Shown here: positions 58,948 to 64,000 of the stretch, in pieces
Layout: every line of letters begins with the position of its first letter
Position numbering within the stretch: the first letter of the stretch is position 1
The notes under the pieces: generated by a model
What the model saw: the letters and a program-made list of their open reading frames with translations, nothing else
The model's database searches: none
What the model was told of the DNA's origin: nothing
DNA from: a virus
IMG/VR virus record: IMGVR_UViG_3300010224_000001
Span: 128,001-192,000 of that record
Direction: 5' to 3' (one strand)
DNA length: 64,000 nucleotides
Position numbers and translations under genes: made by a program

Positions 58948-59673
58948 TTATTCTCCTTTATTCTGATGTGAGCTAGCTGTAAAGTCGATTTGACGATGCC
59001 GTGGTTTAGACGGGTGGATGTTGGCGTTGATACGAACTTCCTTACTGAGGAATTCTGCAAGGGTTTCGTCTTCTGCAGTTCCGCGCACAGCCATCCCTTT
59101 TAGGAGGTCGTCAAGGATTTCAATAGGTTCTTCGGCTTCGATGCGTTTGAAATTATTGAAACCGTGCTTAGTGAGACCTTCGATAAGAATGGCTTCAATG
59201 AGTGTTTTGCCGGTATGATGATAGCCACCAATAAGCACTTCAAGCGGTGCTTTACGATGATTATCGAATTGCGCTTCACACAAACGCTGATCGGCGTTGT
59301 ATGCAGCATTGGTAAAGCTAATGTTCGGAAGACGGTTGATTTGGAGAGCCCGAAGAGCAGTCACTTCTTCCTGCAGTTGACTAATCTTTTCATGCAGCGA
59401 TACTTCAGACACTTGCATGAGTGCCATTTGCTGAATGATGAATTCCACATGCGGCAGTAGCGGTTGTTCGTCAATTACGATACCGCTGCCATTTTTCATT
59501 TGCAGCAGTTTCTCAGCACGTTTCGCAATCAGGATAATGACGCTGTTATCACCACCCATCAGTGCGATCTCAGGTTCATTCTCCATCTTGGAGATGATTT
59601 GATCTTCCGTCAAACCTGCCTGATGCAGAGCCGCCATGCGATTGCGCACGTATTCCAGATTACTAGCCGACAT
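58948..59673 (-). CDS. hypothetical protein with P-loop-like motif
   Basis: VLIGGYHHTGKTLI. Confidence 0.65.
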   Translation of the reverse strand: MSASNLEYVRNRMAALHQAGLTEDQIISKMENEPEIALMGGDNSVIILIAKRAEKLLQMKNGSGIVIDEQPLLPHVEFIIQQMALMQVSEVSLHEKISQLQEEVTALRALQINRLPNISFTNAAYNADQRLCEAQFDNHRKAPLEVLIGGYHHTGKTLIEAILIEGLTKHGFNNFKRIEAEEPIEILDDLLKGMAVRGTAEDETLAEFLSKEVRINANIHPSKPRHRQIDFTASSHQNKGE

Positions 59674-60241
59674 TAGCTTCTCCTTCTTGTTGGGTTTGTG
59701 CTTCTTCTTCAGTAATGTTGACCTGAATATGTTTGGCCTTCATGGCACGTACTTGATTAGCCGTACCTTCGTAGACAGAGTGGTAACCAGTTGCGCTCTT
59801 ATCGCCATCACTTTGTGCGAGATGTTCTTCCCATTCCTTCTTCAAGCCATCTGCTGCCGTTTGCAGCTTGTCTGCAATGTGATCAACGGCTTGATTGTAG
59901 GCTTGCAGAGCGACTTTTTCCAGGTCTTGTTGCGTTATAGCTTTATCGGCCATCTCGCGTTCCTTGCGGATCATCAAACCTTCTACAACCATTTGACCCA
60001 GGTAGCAACGAACAGTTTCTTGCAACAGCAAGAGTTCAATACCGACGATTGGACGATCCAGCGAAATCGTACCATCTTCTTCATGAATCTTCAGGTTGAC
60101 ACGGTCTCGAGCATCAATCACCACCTTACGACCATCCGATAATTCGGTATCGTAATAAGGTTGCGATATTAACGTAGCGATGATTTGATCCGGGTCTACA
60201 CCTTGTTCTTGCAGTATTTTAAACTGTTGCTCCAAAATCAT
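59663..60241 (-). CDS. hypothetical protein
   Basis: N-terminus resembles that of 58948..59673 (QGVDPDQII vs AGLTEDQII). Confidence 0.65.
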   Translation of the reverse strand: MILEQQFKILQEQGVDPDQIIATLISQPYYDTELSDGRKVVIDARDRVNLKIHEEDGTISLDRPIVGIELLLLQETVRCYLGQMVVEGLMIRKEREMADKAITQQDLEKVALQAYNQAVDHIADKLQTAADGLKKEWEEHLAQSDGDKSATGYHSVYEGTANQVRAMKAKHIQVNITEEEAQTQQEGEANVG

Positions 60242-60626
60242 TTTCTTTCCTTTTTGCTATTTGTATTTTGAATTGCTTCATGCCGTTACTAACTACTTGG
60301 CGAATCCTCTTTAACCAATCGCGATCATGTTCACGTAATGCTACGATAGCATGCTCGCTGATCTTGTTGAGAATCGCGAATTCTTCAAACTCAATACCGT
60401 CACTGGTTTGAGCTTTATAGATCATCTCAGAGATCTGTTTGAAGGTGTTGTTGATAAAGAAATCATTACAACCATTAAAGAACTGATCGACTGTAGCGTA
60501 ACGATTGGTATCTTTTACGGCTTCTAATAACTTCTCAACAGTAAAGTTATCAGGATCAAATTCATAATTTACTGCCAGTAAAGCAGCGTAGACTTTTTCA
60601 AGCTTCTTGCGGCTCACGATGTACAT
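60219..60626 (-). CDS. hypothetical protein
   Basis: Start MYIVSRKK after SD GAGGAG. Confidence 0.65.
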   Translation of the reverse strand: MYIVSRKKLEKVYAALLAVNYEFDPDNFTVEKLLEAVKDTNRYATVDQFFNGCNDFFINNTFKQISEMIYKAQTSDGIEFEEFAILNKISEHAIVALREHDRDWLKRIRQVVSNGMKQFKIQIAKRKENDFGATV

Positions 60627-60810
60627 CGATATTCTCCTCGGCTTGCTCTTTATCGTCCGACCAGATTTCGCGTTCGCGACCGCATTTGATACACTCTCTT
60701 TCATTCGGATTGTGACCTACGCCGCAACGACAGATCCAGCGTGTGTTCGGATAGACGATAGCGCTTTTCACAGGGTCCCACGGTGATGCGGATGTAGCAA
60801 CTCGTTTCAT
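60598..60810 (-). CDS. small Zn-finger protein
   Basis: WICRCG..N...CIKCG (RanBP2-like). Confidence 0.55.
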   Translation of the reverse strand: MKRVATSASPWDPVKSAIVYPNTRWICRCGVGHNPNERECIKCGREREIWSDDKEQAEENIDVHREPQEA

Positions 60811-60861
60811 GTCGTAATAAGTAGAGATAAGGATTACCCTACCTCTACTCCTCTCCTATTG

Positions 60862-61278
60862 TTAATTGTTTTCAGTAGGCGTAGGGATAAACCCTTTTGC
60901 CAAGTATTTGTGAACATCCCTGTGCGCAATTGACATTTCATGTATCTGATAGCCAATTGCCGCTGCGTACTTTTGCGGTTGATGATTCACGGTACGACCA
61001 AACAGGATCACCATGTCTACACCATTCTCTGCCAAACTAATGCTGACGTAGCGAGCGCTATCTGGTGGCGACAAATGAAAACCAAGCAAGGTCACATTGC
61101 CTACCGTCACAAGCTTGATTCGATATACGCGAATAAAGTCACCATTCAAAGGAGCAACACGATGGTAACGAATTGCTTTGCTATTTTCTAGCTTCTTTGT
61201 ACCGGTGATAACTTCTAATGCCATCTCTTCGATTCGACGCACTTGTTGCTCATTCCAACGCGGAATAGTCATGGCCAT
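60862..61278 (-). CDS. hypothetical protein
   Basis: C-terminus (AHRDVHKYLAKGFIP) resembles 61520..61888 (ARRDIVEYLANGITP). Confidence 0.65.
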   Translation of the reverse strand: MAMTIPRWNEQQVRRIEEMALEVITGTKKLENSKAIRYHRVAPLNGDFIRVYRIKLVTVGNVTLLGFHLSPPDSARYVSISLAENGVDMVILFGRTVNHQPQKYAAAIGYQIHEMSIAHRDVHKYLAKGFIPTPTENN

Positions 61279-61508
61279 TATCTGTCTCCTTTCCTTGTTA
61301 TCATTATCAGCTCAAATGGTGAGTAATGATAGGAAGCAAAGAAAAGAGCGCAACCTACAATGAACAGAATAACGGCAAACAGCAACTCTCTGTTCCATTT
61401 GCCGTTATAGCTCATGACACTAAAGCAGACGCAGACGTAAGCTGCAATCCAGCAGCCGACACCAAGTAAGATCAAAACAATCAAGCCTACAATTGCAAGT
61501 GGATTCAT
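61278..61508 (-). CDS. small membrane protein
   Basis: Two TM helices. Confidence 0.65.
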   Translation of the reverse strand: MNPLAIVGLIVLILLGVGCWIAAYVCVCFSVMSYNGKWNRELLFAVILFIVGCALFFASYHYSPFELIMITRKGDR

Positions 61509-61519
61509 GTTTGTTTTTA

Positions 61520-61888
61520 TTAGAGGTTGGTAGGAACAGGTGTAATCCCGTTGGCAAGATACTCGACGATATCTCGACGCGCAATATCGATTTCTTCTGG
61601 CTTATACGCAATCGCGATCTTGGTACTCGTTGGTTTCTTTCGATGCAATACATGGAAGCACAGAACAAACTTACCAGTTAGACGTTTAGTCGAAATGGCC
61701 ACAAACGGACCAGTATCAGGCTTCCAGTCAGCAGGCATCATTCGGTGTTCTACACGTGGTAGACGAAAGAAGAACGCGATACTCGGATCCAGAGTACGAT
61801 AAATACGATAGTTATGCGAATAACGATCCTTCTCAAGCAACTCAATGTTGGGAAGGATCTTTTGAATCATATCTTGCGCAACGGGCAT
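61520..61888 (-). CDS. hypothetical protein
   Basis: Probable paralog of 60862..61278. Confidence 0.65.
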   Translation of the reverse strand: MPVAQDMIQKILPNIELLEKDRYSHNYRIYRTLDPSIAFFFRLPRVEHRMMPADWKPDTGPFVAISTKRLTGKFVLCFHVLHRKKPTSTKIAIAYKPEEIDIARRDIVEYLANGITPVPTNL

Positions 61889-61914
61889 TTTTTCTTATTC
61901 CTTTTTATTGGTAT

Positions 61915-62316
61915 TTAGTTTTTCGGTGCCAGATTAAACCACTCTGCTGGAAGGGTGGTCAGGAGTTTGGGATCGTACGGGTCGTCACGGTACAGACTGT
62001 GAACATCACCGAATACGTCTCGACGCCAGATGCAGATCAAGCGACCAGTCTCTTCATTCCATACCACAGCAATCCACGCTTTATCGTGCGTATTCTCATG
62101 CAGGTAATCCTGAGCATTCTTGGAAATGTTCCGCGGGTTCAGACCACGATTACGCCATACTGGTTTGATGGAATCGTTGAGGGAGAAGAAATCAGCGATG
62201 ATGGGATAAGTCTTTTTCTCGCGCATGATCGTTTTCTTGACAGTGCGGAGCGGCACGACGTTGGAGGGAGTTTCGGAAACTGCAGTAGTTTGTGCGTTAA
62301 GCATTGGAATCATCAA
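61915..62316 (-). CDS. hypothetical protein
   Basis: ORF in operon. Confidence 0.65.
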   Translation of the reverse strand: MMIPMLNAQTTAVSETPSNVVPLRTVKKTIMREKKTYPIIADFFSLNDSIKPVWRNRGLNPRNISKNAQDYLHENTHDKAWIAVVWNEETGRLICIWRRDVFGDVHSLYRDDPYDPKLLTTLPAEWFNLAPKN

Positions 62317-62391
62317 CTTTCTATTTAAGGTTGATGGGAAGGTGGTCCTTCCTTCTTATTGGTTATTATAAAGTACAACGAAGGATGCTAC

Positions 62392-63090
62392 TTAAAACAG
62401 GTAACGTAAGAGATTGATAAACGTTACATTCTTAGGACGGTACAAGTCACTGTACTTTGGAGTAAACGCCAGACTAATCGCATTATCGAGTTCTTTTTCG
62501 AAACCATCCCAGTAATTATCATCTGATGGAATGAAACCCTCTTTGACTTCCGGGAACAATGTTTCGATGACTTCTTGTTCAGTGCTGGTATCACTTGCAC
62601 CACTATCTGGCTTGTAACCATTTTTAACATGGATACCTTGATCGATTTCTTCTGCCTGCCTAGTGGGGATAGCACGTACAAAACGGAATAGACCATGCGG
62701 ATCAGCATCACCATCAAAATAGATACGGTCGGCCTTGAGCCAATTGGTAGGACACGAGTGTTCATTATAAAAGTAGCTCTTATCCAAATCCATGGCTTCG
62801 CCTTTCTTGACGAAATCCATACCTTCCACTACCACATACAGCGGTTTATCTTGAGGCGGTAGTACCAGCAATACCTCAAGCTTTTCAACACGTTTATAAT
62901 CCAAGAGCTTGATATCGATATCGGTAGCGGAGTTGATTACCAATTCGAAATAATTGCCGCACGCGTCGCAAGACCAAGGCCCTACCTCTTTTGGAAGTTT
63001 ATCTTCCAACAAGTGATCGATGTAACTGCCAGTATCTCCCTGGCAATGCGGACAAACGATGTAATGCTTGGTGTAGATTTGAGCTTTCAC
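62392..63090 (-). CDS. Zn-ribbon-containing hypothetical protein
   Basis: CPHC..CDAC; YFYNEHSCPTNW; GDADPHGLF. Confidence 0.7.
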   Translation of the reverse strand: MKAQIYTKHYIVCPHCQGDTGSYIDHLLEDKLPKEVGPWSCDACGNYFELVINSATDIDIKLLDYKRVEKLEVLLVLPPQDKPLYVVVEGMDFVKKGEAMDLDKSYFYNEHSCPTNWLKADRIYFDGDADPHGLFRFVRAIPTRQAEEIDQGIHVKNGYKPDSGASDTSTEQEVIETLFPEVKEGFIPSDDNYWDGFEKELDNAISLAFTPKYSDLYRPKNVTFINLLRYLF

Positions 63091-63164
63091 TTTTGTTATT
63101 CCTTATTATCGACTAGCGGAGTCACCCAATTACGTAGTTGGGTATTTTTAGAAATCAACGAGAC

Positions 63165-63202
63165 GGCATAAAAGAGAGGGATTTCTCCCTCTCCTTATGA
63201 TG
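63165..63202. terminator. terminator hairpin
   Basis: GAGAGGGA-TTTC-TCCCTCTC flanked by GCATAA/TTATGA. Confidence 0.75.
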
Positions 63203-63207
63203 CTTTA

Positions 63208-64000
63208 TTAACCTTTCACACAGACGACTTGTTTAAGCGTATACACCACTTCCACCAGATCAGACTGCGCATTCATGACTGCGTCAATGTCTTTGTACGC
63301 CATCGGGATCTCATCAATCACTTCAGCATCCTTACGGCATTCAACACCTTCCGTAGCCTTGATCTGGTCTTCCACAGTAAAGTTTTCTTTTGCTTTAGTG
63401 CGGCTCATCTTACGACCAGCTCCGTGCGAGCAGCTGTCGAATGACTCAGGATTACCTTTGCCGCGCACGATAAAGCTCTTGGCACCCATCGAGCCAGGAA
63501 TGATACCCAGCTGACCAGGTTTAGCCGAGACAGCACCTTTACGCGTCACCAACACTTCTTGACCAAAGTGGGTTTCTTTCTGGACGTAGTTATGATGGCA
63601 ATTGATGGCTTCGATGTGGGTTTCGAAAGGCTTTTTGATTACAGTGCGGATAGCGTCAATGACATTACTCATCATGACTTCGCGATTCATTCGAGCAAAC
63701 TTCTGCGCCCAACCAACCGCTTCGACATAATCGTCATAATGCTGCGTACCTTCCTTCAGATACGCCAGATCCTTATCCGGCACGTTGATCTGGTGAACAC
63801 GCATGTCTTCTTTAGCCAGCTCGATGAATTGCATCCCGATGCTATTACCGACACCACGTGAGCCAGAGTGCAGCATGATCCAAACCGTCTGGTGTTCATC
63901 CAAACACAGTTCGATAAAGTGGTTACCAGTGCCGAGCGTGCCTAGATGAGTAACGTTATTCGTTTTAGCTAGGCGTGGATATTTGTCGGTAATTGCAACG
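63208..64000 (-). CDS. rtcB: RtcB RNA 3'-phosphate/5'-OH ligase (5' partial)
   Basis: LGTLGTGNHFIE, LHSGSRG, CHHN, RKGA, PGSMG, SCSHGAGR, DEIPMAYK. Confidence 0.95.
   Translation of the reverse strand, partial: VAITDKYPRLAKTNNVTHLGTLGTGNHFIELCLDEHQTVWIMLHSGSRGVGNSIGMQFIELAKEDMRVHQINVPDKDLAYLKEGTQHYDDYVEAVGWAQKFARMNREVMMSNVIDAIRTVIKKPFETHIEAINCHHNYVQKETHFGQEVLVTRKGAVSAKPGQLGIIPGSMGAKSFIVRGKGNPESFDSCSHGAGRKMSRTKAKENFTVEDQIKATEGVECRKDAEVIDEIPMAYKDIDAVMNAQSDLVEVVYTLKQVVCVKG

Noticed and set aside
1-64000. tRNA, rRNA, CRISPR arrays, introns or inteins
   Set aside because: None recognised by eye; core genes (MCP, RNAP subunit, helicases) appear uninterrupted

Overview
64 kb segment of a phiKZ-like (nucleus-forming, Chimalliviridae-type) jumbo phage genome. 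The host is possibly betaproteobacterial (weak inference). The conserved core block (about 15.7-41 kb) holds a CYTH-like protein, spanins, RuvC, virion structural proteins, portal, a non-virion RNAP beta subunit, major capsid protein, DnaB-like and SF2 helicases and processed head proteins. The left end carries tail-associated genes and a holin/SLT endolysin pair. Two long minus-strand accessory/early regions (3.7-15.6 kb and 41.4-64 kb) contain small orphan and paralogous genes, a glycosyltransferase-like gene, a tandem RNAP alpha-CTD protein, an orphan HicB, an AAA ATPase and a partial RtcB. Most notable: (i) a TnpB with intact catalytic motifs but no tnpA or transposon ends, placed directly behind a phage early promoter, with an omegaRNA-like scaffold separated from the ORF and a collapsed right-end hairpin (candidate domesticated RNA-guided nuclease); (ii) a ~310 nt structured non-coding region with a candidate late promoter and a terminator; (iii) recurrent cis motifs and several paralog families. 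All assignments come from reading the sequence by eye; no database searches were run.
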